The notes: generated from the letters alone by a model not told the origin. Shown: positions 26,294 to 35,388, counted from the first letter of the stretch. The stretch is DNA of 64,000 bases from an uncultured virus (IMG/VR IMGVR_UViG_3300033143_002397) (IMGVR_UViG_3300033143_002397), one strand, 5' to 3'. A program made the numbers and translations.

Positions 26294-28503
26294 AGCCTAA
26301 CCTCTTGGTTGCCGAACTCGATAAACACCTCGGGGTCATCTTCGACAGCGGCGTTGAGGATGATCTCGCCTTCACCCTGCTGGATCTCGTACTCCTGCAT
26401 CATCGACAAGCCGTTGTTCATCAACGAGGCGTAGTTGACCTCGGTGCTTGGACCCGACTCCAACATAGCCCTCTGCTCAGCCGCCTTGTCGATGTAGGGC
26501 GGCTCGATGACGAGCTGCTTGTCCAAGACCGAGCAAGTGCCCGGCATCGACTGGTGGACACAAGAGCCACAAGCTGAACCGACCTTGGCGAACTTGACCG
26601 CCTTGCGGGACCGGTGCAGGGAGGCAGCCTTCTGGCAGCCCTTGCCGTAGTCATCGTAGGCGGTCGGGTCGACGTACTTGATGCCCTGAAGACCCTGCTC
26701 AGAAAGCACGGCCCGGAGCTGCTCCTTGGCAGCTGTGAGGTTCCGCAGCTCGAAACGGCCCTTGAGCACCGTGAGCAACTCATGGCCATAGAGTCCCTCG
26801 TTCATGTACTGGGACGCGGCCTTGCAAATGTTCCGGACAGTCAGGTCCGAGGTCTGATGCTCGGAAGCCCCGGCGCCGTAGAACGCCTGCTCGATACGTC
26901 CTCGAAGGCCGGAAGCAACCGCAGCCGTCTTCGGACCCGAGGCGGCCCGGTAGATGGCTCGGAGCTGCTCCCTGGGGTTGCCGCTCCACTTCTGCCGCTT
27001 GGCAGTCTGGGGCAGGTTGCCCACCATGTGCTGCTCGTCGAGCACGGCAGCGACCGTCCCAGCAGTCAGAATCTCGCCGATGTCCTTGACGAGCTTGCGG
27101 CCGTACATCATGCAACGGCCCACCTTGGAGAAGATGCAGCTACCGCACTTGTCGCCAGCCACGATGGCCCTGACCTTCGAGCTGTGCTTGTTCAAGAAGT
27201 CCGCACCGATGCGGCAGTCGTCGAAGCTGTCCTGAGTCGAGTAGACGGCCCCGTAGAGGCCCGCCTCGTGGAAAAGGGGCTCCCACTGGGGTCGAAGCGC
27301 CTGAAGCTCTCGAAGGTCGAAAGCCAGCCGCAAGCCGTGGATCAGCTCGGGCTCGCTGCGGCCCTTGAGCATTTCCCGTCGCAGCAGAGCGACGATGGGC
27401 CGAGCCCTGAGGACCGCGGCGGCCTGCTTGGCCGTTTCCTCAGCCGCTTTGGCCTCTTCCTGGGCCTCGGCAAGCTTCGCCTGAGTGTCGATCACCTCGG
27501 GCTTCGGAGCCTCCTGGTGGCGTCCTGTGTAGCCCAGGGAGCTGTCAGGGGTGTCCGACAGGAGAGCTGCCTGGATGCGCTCCCGAGCCGACTTCAGGGT
27601 CTTGCTCTTGAGCGTCTTGGCTAGGGCCATGAGGACCTTGGCGTCCCTCTTCTCACCCTCTTTGGCCGCCTCGTCCGCAAACTGCATCAGCTCGGACACA
27701 GCTCGACGAACATCAGTGTCGGAAGCGTCCATGTCCCGCACCCACCGACCCGCCAAATAGTGAGTGGCGGACCCGTTGTCCCCCATCCACTTCTTCAGGT
27801 CAGCGACAGTCCTCTTGGAAGGAGCAGGGATCTTGACGCTAGCCGCCACCTTGCCCTTGCCGGCCTGAGACTGCTCGACCGCTTCGGCCAGCTCTTCAGT
27901 GTAGGGCACCTCCAGCTCGATCTGCTTGTGGAAGACCGCGCAGTGGCCCTGACCGGCGGCCCACGCCGTCCGATGAACACAGCTTTCACAAGCGCTCTTG
28001 GCCTTGACGAACTTCGCCTCGTGGGCGAACCGCCGAACGAAGTCGGACGCCTGCTTGGAGCCCGTGTTGCACTTCGGGAAGTCCTCAGCGTCGATGTAGT
28101 GCCCACCCAACAGACCACGCTCAGCCAACACCTCACGAAGGGTCGAGGCGGCCTCACGAATCGTGGCGGGGTCGAACCGAGCCCGGAGCGCCCGGTAGAT
28201 ACGCCCCTTGTTGGTCGTCTGCATGAGCGTCAACCGAGCCAGACGCACGATGCTACCCAACGGGATCGGACCTGCCTGAGCCACGTCGAGCATGGTCTTA
28301 GGCGCACCCGTGTTGGGAACAAACCGCGAGGGGGGCTCATCTGTATGGCTCCACGCAGCTTCGAGTTCTGGGACGATGTCGAGGTTCTGCTTCGGGAGCT
28401 GGTCCAGCTCCCGATAGTCCTTCTCGTCGACATCCAACCAGTCGAGGTCAGCGACAGAGCTGTCCTTCATAAATTCGGTGAGGTCGCCTAGTTCGCCTGC
28501 CAT
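26290..28503 (-). CDS. large protein with three Cys-rich internal repeats
   Basis: GLxGxxY...C...CxSC...C units occur three times. Confidence 0.8.
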   Translation of the reverse strand: MAGELGDLTEFMKDSSVADLDWLDVDEKDYRELDQLPKQNLDIVPELEAAWSHTDEPPSRFVPNTGAPKTMLDVAQAGPIPLGSIVRLARLTLMQTTNKGRIYRALRARFDPATIREAASTLREVLAERGLLGGHYIDAEDFPKCNTGSKQASDFVRRFAHEAKFVKAKSACESCVHRTAWAAGQGHCAVFHKQIELEVPYTEELAEAVEQSQAGKGKVAASVKIPAPSKRTVADLKKWMGDNGSATHYLAGRWVRDMDASDTDVRRAVSELMQFADEAAKEGEKRDAKVLMALAKTLKSKTLKSARERIQAALLSDTPDSSLGYTGRHQEAPKPEVIDTQAKLAEAQEEAKAAEETAKQAAAVLRARPIVALLRREMLKGRSEPELIHGLRLAFDLRELQALRPQWEPLFHEAGLYGAVYSTQDSFDDCRIGADFLNKHSSKVRAIVAGDKCGSCIFSKVGRCMMYGRKLVKDIGEILTAGTVAAVLDEQHMVGNLPQTAKRQKWSGNPREQLRAIYRAASGPKTAAVASGLRGRIEQAFYGAGASEHQTSDLTVRNICKAASQYMNEGLYGHELLTVLKGRFELRNLTAAKEQLRAVLSEQGLQGIKYVDPTAYDDYGKGCQKAASLHRSRKAVKFAKVGSACGSCVHQSMPGTCSVLDKQLVIEPPYIDKAAEQRAMLESGPSTEVNYASLMNNGLSMMQEYEIQQGEGEIILNAAVEDDPEVFIEFGNQEVRL

Positions 28504-28505
28504 CG

Positions 28506-30146
28506 TCAGTTCCTCGGTGTGGGCTCACCTGGCGCGAGCCAGGGGGTCTGAAGGTCCTCGTGAACGTAACCCGTGTCCACTAGGCTCAAGTCTTCGTCTA
28601 CGGGTGCAGTAGCTTGTGACCAGCCGACGGCCTGCTGGACCAGGTTGCCCTTCTCGCCCTCGTAGTAGTCCGCCCGAGCAACAGGCTCGACGGTGTCGCC
28701 TGGAAGTAACGATTCGAGGGAGTGGCGTTGATTCAAGTTCACGTCCACCGACGGGGCGATGTCCCCAGACGATTGCGACGGAACTCCGGGAAGCTCGGCG
28801 TGCGGCCCCCACTCACCGGCGTGCTCTTCACCCTGACCACGAGCCCCATAGCCGAGGCCGAAGTCCCGGCCCTCGGTAGGGGTGTCGTCTGTCAGAGCAC
28901 CAGGCATCGCCGACTCACCCAGAGTGCTCTGCTTGGGCTGGTTCTTCCAGGGAGCCTTACGCTCACCGCCGACATCATCCTTGCCAGGCATCGTGTCGGC
29001 CCTGTCGATCTCGCCTCGGGTCAAATAGCAATCAGGGTCTTGCGTGCAGGTCCACTTGTCCTCGGACATGGGCTTCTCGTTCTTGCGCCTCTTCCTGTCC
29101 ACGTACTCCGGGTAGGTGCCCGCCTTCTTGTGCGAGGTGTCGTTCTCCCACTCACTCTGGTAGAGGTACTCGTCGCTGATACCCTCTTCGTCAGCCCAAC
29201 CGTCGCTGCCGGCGTCCTCGGGCGGGTTGAACGAGCCCCAGGGGCCGGTGCCACCGTCGGGGTCGCGGTTGTCAACTCGGGGACCACCAGGCGCAACTTC
29301 GGCCTTCCGAAGTCGCTTCATGATCCGCTCAGACATCGCCTTGCTGCGGGCTTTCACATCCGCGAGCATCTGAGGGTCGGCCTTCGCGCCCTCGACCCGT
29401 AGTTCGTCCTTGGTGATGAAGCGAGACTCGACCGCCTCGAACTTCTCCGGCGGATCGACCGCGTCGCAGAGCTGGTCAAAGGAAGCCGAACTAGCCTCCT
29501 TCATGACGGGCTGGGGCTTGCTGGCGTTCTCGGGCTCGTTGAAGCCACCACCTGGAAGCTGGGAGCCTGCTTCTGGGTCGTCCTCACCCTCGTCCTTCTT
29601 CTTGCCCTTGGAACCCTTGCCGTCGTTCTCCTTCTCGATGGCATCGAGCTGCTCTTCGGCCTCTTCCTCGGGGTTTTCCAAAACCTCTTGGGCCTCTCCC
29701 ACGAAACGGACCACGTCCTCCTGGTCGTTCTCGTCGAGCATGGCCAGCTTAGGCTTCCAGTGAGGCGCCTGGATCTCGTCGTAGAGCGTGTCCGAGACAG
29801 CGCTCAGGGCTTCGCTGGCGTCGTAGAGCTTCTGGCGAGCCGCCTGGATCTCCATGACGTAGCCTCGGCCACCGATCCGCCCATCAGGGCTGACGGTTGT
29901 CGACTTGAGCCGAGACAGGTAGCGGTAGGCCGTCAGGGCGTGCCCCAGGGCGGTGCTGCTCGCGAGCAGCGCCTTGCTCATGGGCTTGAGGGCCTTCGGG
30001 TCGAAGGGGTGTTCCTTGGGGATGTCCCGCTTCGACGGGGCATTCATATCATTGGGAGACGGAGGCGGCCCGTTCTTCGAAAACGGCGGGAAGGTCGCCG
30101 TCTTCGACATCGCCCTCTGCACTGCGTCACGAGCTTTACTGCTCAT
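28506..30146 (-). CDS. acidic, partly disordered hypothetical protein
   Basis: 546-aa ORF; KTA, KEA and KKA boundaries. Confidence 0.75.
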   Translation of the reverse strand: MSSKARDAVQRAMSKTATFPPFSKNGPPPSPNDMNAPSKRDIPKEHPFDPKALKPMSKALLASSTALGHALTAYRYLSRLKSTTVSPDGRIGGRGYVMEIQAARQKLYDASEALSAVSDTLYDEIQAPHWKPKLAMLDENDQEDVVRFVGEAQEVLENPEEEAEEQLDAIEKENDGKGSKGKKKDEGEDDPEAGSQLPGGGFNEPENASKPQPVMKEASSASFDQLCDAVDPPEKFEAVESRFITKDELRVEGAKADPQMLADVKARSKAMSERIMKRLRKAEVAPGGPRVDNRDPDGGTGPWGSFNPPEDAGSDGWADEEGISDEYLYQSEWENDTSHKKAGTYPEYVDRKRRKNEKPMSEDKWTCTQDPDCYLTRGEIDRADTMPGKDDVGGERKAPWKNQPKQSTLGESAMPGALTDDTPTEGRDFGLGYGARGQGEEHAGEWGPHAELPGVPSQSSGDIAPSVDVNLNQRHSLESLLPGDTVEPVARADYYEGEKGNLVQQAVGWSQATAPVDEDLSLVDTGYVHEDLQTPWLAPGEPTPRN

Positions 30147-30148
30147 CG

Positions 30149-30436
30149 TCAGCTGCCCTTCAGCGGCTCTCCATTGTCCTGGAAGAGACGCTCGATGAAG
30201 TAGTTGCCCTCGTTCTGGCGGATGGCCCAGAGGTCGTTGGTGGACTTGTGAATGAGAGTGTCCGAAGCAATCCGCTGGAAGGGTGCGAGTTGCTGGAGCG
30301 ACCCTATCCTGATCCTCGTGGGAGACGCCTTGACGACGTTGCTGACGGGGGAAACGATCTCGGGCTCAGAGGCCAGCAAGGCATCCATGCCCGTGGCCCC
30401 ACCCGTCTCGAACTTGTCCATATCGAAGTCGCTCAT
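30149..30436 (-). CDS. hypothetical protein
   Basis: 95-aa ORF in the operon. Confidence 0.75.
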   Translation of the reverse strand: MSDFDMDKFETGGATGMDALLASEPEIVSPVSNVVKASPTRIRIGSLQQLAPFQRIASDTLIHKSTNDLWAIRQNEGNYFIERLFQDNGEPLKGS

Positions 30437-30446
30437 GAGGTCTGTC

Positions 30447-31355
30447 CTACGTGATGACGAGTTGAACTAGGAGGTCTACATATGAGTTGTCGCTGTAGCC
30501 GCTGATCCGCAAGGTTTCCTGGTAGGTTCCTCGCGCCATCCCCTCGATGGGTGCGGTGGCTACGTTGACGATCTGCTGACCCCCTGAGGTCAGCGTGCCT
30601 GAGACGGGAGAGAACGACGAAAGCCAGTCGTCGGACAGGCCCGTGAGCCTCTGGATCTGGTATTCCAAAACCGAGCCCGCCGGCCCCGTGTTCTCCAGCG
30701 TGAACTGCTGCGAGGGGATCGGCGGGAAGGGACCCACGAGCGGCGCTATGACCGTGAAGCCGAGCTGCACTGGAGCGATAGCGACAATGGCCTTCGGACG
30801 AACGATGATGGAGACATCGAAAGTCTGAGGGTTGTTGGTCGCGTTGGGGTCCTGGACCGAGATCGTCTCATTGTAAGGACTGTTGAGGTTGAGCAGGTTG
30901 GCCGAGTCGACTGTCACGTCGAAGGCCCCGCTCTCGTTGGCCGCCAGGTTGCCGACGTTGGCCGGCGACGTGACGACGTGACTCGCCGAAGTCGAGAGCG
31001 TGACACCCAACAGAGAGCCGAAGACACCATCGTTGGTGATGACGACGTTCTGGGCATCGCTCCAACCACGACCCTCGTCGACCTCGAATGTGAGGCTCGA
31101 TGGCGGACCCATGAAGATGTTGGCCGGGAAGTTGGCTGTGATCTCGTCGATGGACGAGTTCATCGCCTGCACCACTTCTCCTGGGAGAGGGATGCTGTCC
31201 CGTAGGATGCCGTAGGGGCTGAAGATGTCCCGGATCGAAAAGACAGGTATCGACCCGGTCACGTCCATGCGGGTTGTCCAGCGCCAACTGCCCGTGGTGA
31301 TCACGTGTTGGAACTGGTAGTCCTGAAATCGGATGCTCGCTGCGGAAATAGGCAA
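30447..31355 (-). CDS. Ig-like (BACON-like) tandem beta-sandwich virion protein
   Basis: Two units of the type QxxxIxNxG...W..xSPxSGTL...GTYxETxxI; TTG start with SD GGAGAGG and motif B at 31382-31391. Confidence 0.6.
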   Translation of the reverse strand: MPISAASIRFQDYQFQHVITTGSWRWTTRMDVTGSIPVFSIRDIFSPYGILRDSIPLPGEVVQAMNSSIDEITANFPANIFMGPPSSLTFEVDEGRGWSDAQNVVITNDGVFGSLLGVTLSTSASHVVTSPANVGNLAANESGAFDVTVDSANLLNLNSPYNETISVQDPNATNNPQTFDVSIIVRPKAIVAIAPVQLGFTVIAPLVGPFPPIPSQQFTLENTGPAGSVLEYQIQRLTGLSDDWLSSFSPVSGTLTSGGQQIVNVATAPIEGMARGTYQETLRISGYSDNSYVDLLVQLVIT

Positions 31356-31430
31356 GGCGTACCTCTCCGCTTCAGCGAGGTGATAAGAGAAAACGCCAAG
31401 ATGGGCGAGGCCCCTGGACCTTTCTGGGGG

Positions 31431-32876
31431 CTACTCCTTGGGGCTGAAGCCCTCAGCAGCTTTCAGGGCCTTGATGAACAGGCGGAACTTGGCCTCGTAG
31501 GTGTGAGCCCTTATGCCCATGTTATCGACGATGGCTACGTTCCCGCCCCCCTTGGCCTTCTTGGCCGCAGCAGCTACCTCTTGGCAAGCCTCAACAACGG
31601 CGTTGGCCTTGGCTTCGAGCTTCGAGTAAGGCTCGGCGGCTGCCGTGCGGTCGGTCATTCGCTCGACCAGTCGCTCGACCATCTCACCGTTGGCCGCCTT
31701 GTAGCTGTGGAGACGCTTCAGCTGGGCAGGCTTGAGATCGACAGGGTGACCGTCCCAGGAGCCACTCGGACCAAAGGCCCTGATGTAGTGACGAGGCATC
31801 GACGAGTCAGGGCTGACCAGCATGTCGCCCTTGACCTTGTAGCCCTTTGAGGGGAGCTGCTCGACCAGAGCGGCCCCGCCGCCCTTCTTGATGAGGCGTA
31901 GGAGGCCCTTGGGGAGAGGACCGTCAGCGTCATCCTTGGTGGCGAAGACACGCAAGACCTTGAACGTCGCGTCGTCCTGGCCGTGGTACTTCACCTTGTC
32001 CTTCTGGCCGACAGAGGGTGCGCTCGCCGTCTTCTTGGCTCCCGGCACCTCTACCCATCGGAGATTCTCTTTGAAGTCAGGGGAGACCAAGGCCAGAGTG
32101 GCACCCCCAGGTGCTTCTGAAACGGCGTCGAAGTCCGCGATCAACCAATCCTTACCCTGGTACCTGTACTTATCGCCCGACTTGAGCCCGTTGGGGCCGT
32201 GATACCTGCCCTTGTTTCGCCGGAGGTCCTCCTTCCAAGCCTTGACCTCAGTCTCAGGGATCTTCTCTTTCCTGACTCCCGCGACACGGTCGTAGTCAGC
32301 AGCCCTCTTGCTACCGAGCCCCTCGACGATGCTGATGAGCTTCTTGTGGTCGTTCCACGCCTTCTTCAACTCCGGGCTGTCCTTGAGGTTGCCCTTGTCC
32401 ATGTGCTTCTTGGCGTACATCCGGGTGCGTTGGATGGAGTCCCGCCAATCACCATCGTGGTCGGGCTTGATGCCCTTGATGTCGACCTTCTTACCAGCAA
32501 CCCTGGAGGCGATGCGGACATCGACATAGCCCACATCTTCATTGGAGTGGCCGCCGGGATTCGAGCGAGACTTCTCCACGTCGACCGTCACCACGCCGTC
32601 CTTCTTCACACGCACGACCTTGCCGGTGACCTTTTCCTTCTTGGGCGAACTGGGCTTGGGCCACGGCGTGCCGACCTCGATCTCCACCATGTCCCCCTTC
32701 TTGGCCTTCTCGATGGGCACAAGACGGGCGGCGCACTTCGGGCCAGCAATCCTGTCGGCCAGCTCGTTCAGCTTGCTCGCGACTACCTGGCGGTCGGGCT
32801 TCTCAGAGGCATGGACGAAGGCCATGAGGGCCTGGATCTCGGCTTGCAACTCACGAGGACTGGCAATCTTCTGCAT
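31431..32876 (-). CDS. shared-leader family protein 3 (MQKIASPRELQAEI...), modular Lys-rich protein
   Basis: Leader homologous to 6468 and 10287; motif B 16 nt upstream; modules separated by RIA, RVA, KRA, KTA, RTA. Confidence 0.8.
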   Translation of the reverse strand: MQKIASPRELQAEIQALMAFVHASEKPDRQVVASKLNELADRIAGPKCAARLVPIEKAKKGDMVEIEVGTPWPKPSSPKKEKVTGKVVRVKKDGVVTVDVEKSRSNPGGHSNEDVGYVDVRIASRVAGKKVDIKGIKPDHDGDWRDSIQRTRMYAKKHMDKGNLKDSPELKKAWNDHKKLISIVEGLGSKRAADYDRVAGVRKEKIPETEVKAWKEDLRRNKGRYHGPNGLKSGDKYRYQGKDWLIADFDAVSEAPGGATLALVSPDFKENLRWVEVPGAKKTASAPSVGQKDKVKYHGQDDATFKVLRVFATKDDADGPLPKGLLRLIKKGGGAALVEQLPSKGYKVKGDMLVSPDSSMPRHYIRAFGPSGSWDGHPVDLKPAQLKRLHSYKAANGEMVERLVERMTDRTAAAEPYSKLEAKANAVVEACQEVAAAAKKAKGGGNVAIVDNMGIRAHTYEAKFRLFIKALKAAEGFSPKE

Positions 32877-32912
32877 GGTGTCCCAGAGGTGACACAAGAA
32901 GATCCGTCAACC

Positions 32913-33551
32913 TCAGAGACACTCGTCTCCGCCACGATCAGCCCATTGCGGCAATTTAACTTCCCGTAAGATGTTAAAACGCTTGCTGGCGATGGCCGAG
33001 AAGATCTTGTGATAAGGCTCGTACGTGTTGTCCTCTTCGGACGCGGTCTCCAACGTCTTGACGGCCTTGAAGAAGCGATGCCGGACGCGGCCCTGAGTCA
33101 GCTTCAGTCGGCTGGCGACCTCGGACTGGCAGGTCGTCTCCCACATGCCCACAAGGATGTCCACGTCGATGGCCTGCTCGAAGACGCCGGGTAAGTCACG
33201 CCGGAGGTCCTCTTCGGTGACCTGAGGGATCGACAGCAGGAACTTGATACGCTGGATGCCCCGGTCGAGCCGATAGGAGATGGCTGCCTGAGTCACACCG
33301 AAGATGACCGCGATGTCGGCCTGGCGCTTCCGCTGGATGAAGTAGAGGAAGATGAGGTCCGCTTCCCTCTCAGGGATGCGGTCGAGCAGAGGAACGATCT
33401 TGTTCTCGAAGTCGTCGCTGCTGAAGTAGCTCTGAGCTTCTTCAGTCGAGATATCGTCTTCCTCTTCGTCCTCGTCCAGCCGCGGGTCGTAGGCAGGGAA
33501 CCGATTGGCTAGCTCGTGGGGGTCTAGGGGAATGACGTATCCAGTGCTCAT
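32913..33551 (-). CDS. tandem sigma70 region-4-like HTH protein
   Basis: LDRIPEREADLIFLYF...QADIAVIFGVTQAAISYRLDR and a second QSEVASRLKLTQGRVRHRF; start refined to ATG33551. Confidence 0.7.
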   Translation of the reverse strand: MSTGYVIPLDPHELANRFPAYDPRLDEDEEEDDISTEEAQSYFSSDDFENKIVPLLDRIPEREADLIFLYFIQRKRQADIAVIFGVTQAAISYRLDRGIQRIKFLLSIPQVTEEDLRRDLPGVFEQAIDVDILVGMWETTCQSEVASRLKLTQGRVRHRFFKAVKTLETASEEDNTYEPYHKIFSAIASKRFNILREVKLPQWADRGGDECL

Positions 33552-33573
33552 GTATGGGGCTCTCTCCGAAGTC

Positions 33574-35388
33574 CTACCCCCCAAAGGGCTTCAAGATGGG
33601 GGTGGGGTTGATGCCAACACCGTGCAGCTTTGCAGCCGCGCCCTCTACATCTGGATCTGGATCTACAGTCAAGACCTCGACGTTCGCGAACGCCATCAAT
33701 CTCAAGTTGAGCCTAACTTGAGGCTCAGCAGTACGCAATCTTTCGTACTGCCCTTTCGATAGACCTGTCAAGCCGGATCCGTACACCCCCTGGACAGAAC
33801 CATGCTGCTGGACGAGGGATCGGAGGACCTTCTTCGGCACTCGCGGCACCCCTGGAATGTTGTCGCTGGGGTCTCCACAGAAGGCCCTCAGCTGCTGTAA
33901 TTGCTCGGGCGGGACCCCGAATAGCTTGGCCACACTGGTGGGGTCGTGGAGTATTTCCTTGCGCGTTCCGACCTTCGGAGTAAGCACCGAGGTCGTGCTG
34001 GTCACGAGGGCCAACATGTCCTTGTCCGTCGAGAAGATCAGGTTGTGCTGGGTCTTCAGGGGGCCTCGGGCCAACACCGCGATCACGTCATCGGCTTCCT
34101 CTTCGGGGTTGTAGACCTGCCAGCACCCAAACTTGGGGAGGATCTCCCGGAGGAAGCCCACCTGATCGAATCCCTCGACCCCGTGACTCGCAGAAGCCGA
34201 GGTCCTGTTGGCCTTGTACTCCCCGTAGAGGGTCTTGCGACGTTGCGACGAGCCGTCCCATGACACGTATAAGCGAGCCTCAGCAAACCGCTTCTTGAGC
34301 GCTCCCAGCGAACGGAGGAAGCCCAAGATCATACCCGTCGGGCGCCCCTGCTCATCGGCGAGGGTCGCCATCCCCGGAGCGTAGAGGCACCTGAACGCTA
34401 AGTTGTGTCCGTCCACCAAAATGTTCTGTACCACGTTGCCGCCTCCGCTCTTTCGTCGTCGGGCCACACGATGGCCCAGCCTCTCAATGTCACCTTCAAG
34501 GATCTTCATCCTCTCCAGCACGTCGTCGAACCAGTACAGCTCAACCAACTTGTCCCCAAGCACATCGAGCTGCATGTCCCGGTAATGGAACAGCACGAAG
34601 GCCCGCAGATGCTTAGCTCGCTCGTCCCAGACCGAGAGTTGCTCGGTCTTGGCTAGTTGCTGCCGCAGAACCTGCGGCCCACGACCAAGTGACCCGTGGT
34701 AAAACCCCACGAACGCACGCAGATGGTGAGCCTTGGTCACCCACTTCTCGAAGCGATTGAGCCGATTGAACCGACGCTTCAAGGGGGGCGGATTCTTCCG
34801 GGTCCACGTGAGAATAGGTTGGACCATACGAGTCCAAGCTCGGAGAGCCGTCAAGCGGCTGAACAGGGTCGACAACGGGGTACGTTTGACCACCTGGAGG
34901 AAGGACCGCGGCAGGGTGACAATCGTCTCCTTCGAGCGCAGCTTGACGTGGACCTGCACGGTCTGAGTCTCAAGGATTTCCTCAATGACCGTGGCCTCGA
35001 TGTGCCGGTAGGCCCCCGAGCTGATCATCACGGTGTCCCCGACCCCGATCCCCTGGTCGACCTGTTTAGCGATCTGGGCTCGCATCCGATTGATGTCGAC
35101 GTCCCTCACCGTCGAGAGCGCCTTCCGCCTGACCCCAGTGCTCAAGACCGTCTGGACGAACCGGCTCCCCTCCAGGCGCAGGTAGTCCACACTAGACTCG
35201 TGACGGACGAAGACGTAACCCTCGACCAGGTAGTGGACAACCCTGTCGTCACCCACCTGAGTGACAGCAGCAGGCACAAAGACCTCGATGTCCTTGCGCT
35301 TGAGAGTGTTGCGAATGGACCGCCGGATGAGATCCGGGTCTTCTCCCTCGCTACGGGGGGTCAGCTCAAGCACTACCCAATCAGACAC
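33574..35388 (-). CDS. NusG-like (NGN+KOW) domain fused to a Pol I-type 5'-3' exonuclease
   Basis: WVVLEL, EVFVP, LVEGYVFV, VGDTVMISSGAY; then LVDGHNLAFR, YKANR, EADDVI, STDKD, GDPSDNIPGV. Start refined to GTG35388. Confidence 0.85.
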   Translation of the reverse strand: MSDWVVLELTPRSEGEDPDLIRRSIRNTLKRKDIEVFVPAAVTQVGDDRVVHYLVEGYVFVRHESSVDYLRLEGSRFVQTVLSTGVRRKALSTVRDVDINRMRAQIAKQVDQGIGVGDTVMISSGAYRHIEATVIEEILETQTVQVHVKLRSKETIVTLPRSFLQVVKRTPLSTLFSRLTALRAWTRMVQPILTWTRKNPPPLKRRFNRLNRFEKWVTKAHHLRAFVGFYHGSLGRGPQVLRQQLAKTEQLSVWDERAKHLRAFVLFHYRDMQLDVLGDKLVELYWFDDVLERMKILEGDIERLGHRVARRRKSGGGNVVQNILVDGHNLAFRCLYAPGMATLADEQGRPTGMILGFLRSLGALKKRFAEARLYVSWDGSSQRRKTLYGEYKANRTSASASHGVEGFDQVGFLREILPKFGCWQVYNPEEEADDVIAVLARGPLKTQHNLIFSTDKDMLALVTSTTSVLTPKVGTRKEILHDPTSVAKLFGVPPEQLQQLRAFCGDPSDNIPGVPRVPKKVLRSLVQQHGSVQGVYGSGLTGLSKGQYERLRTAEPQVRLNLRLMAFANVEVLTVDPDPDVEGAAAKLHGVGINPTPILKPFGG

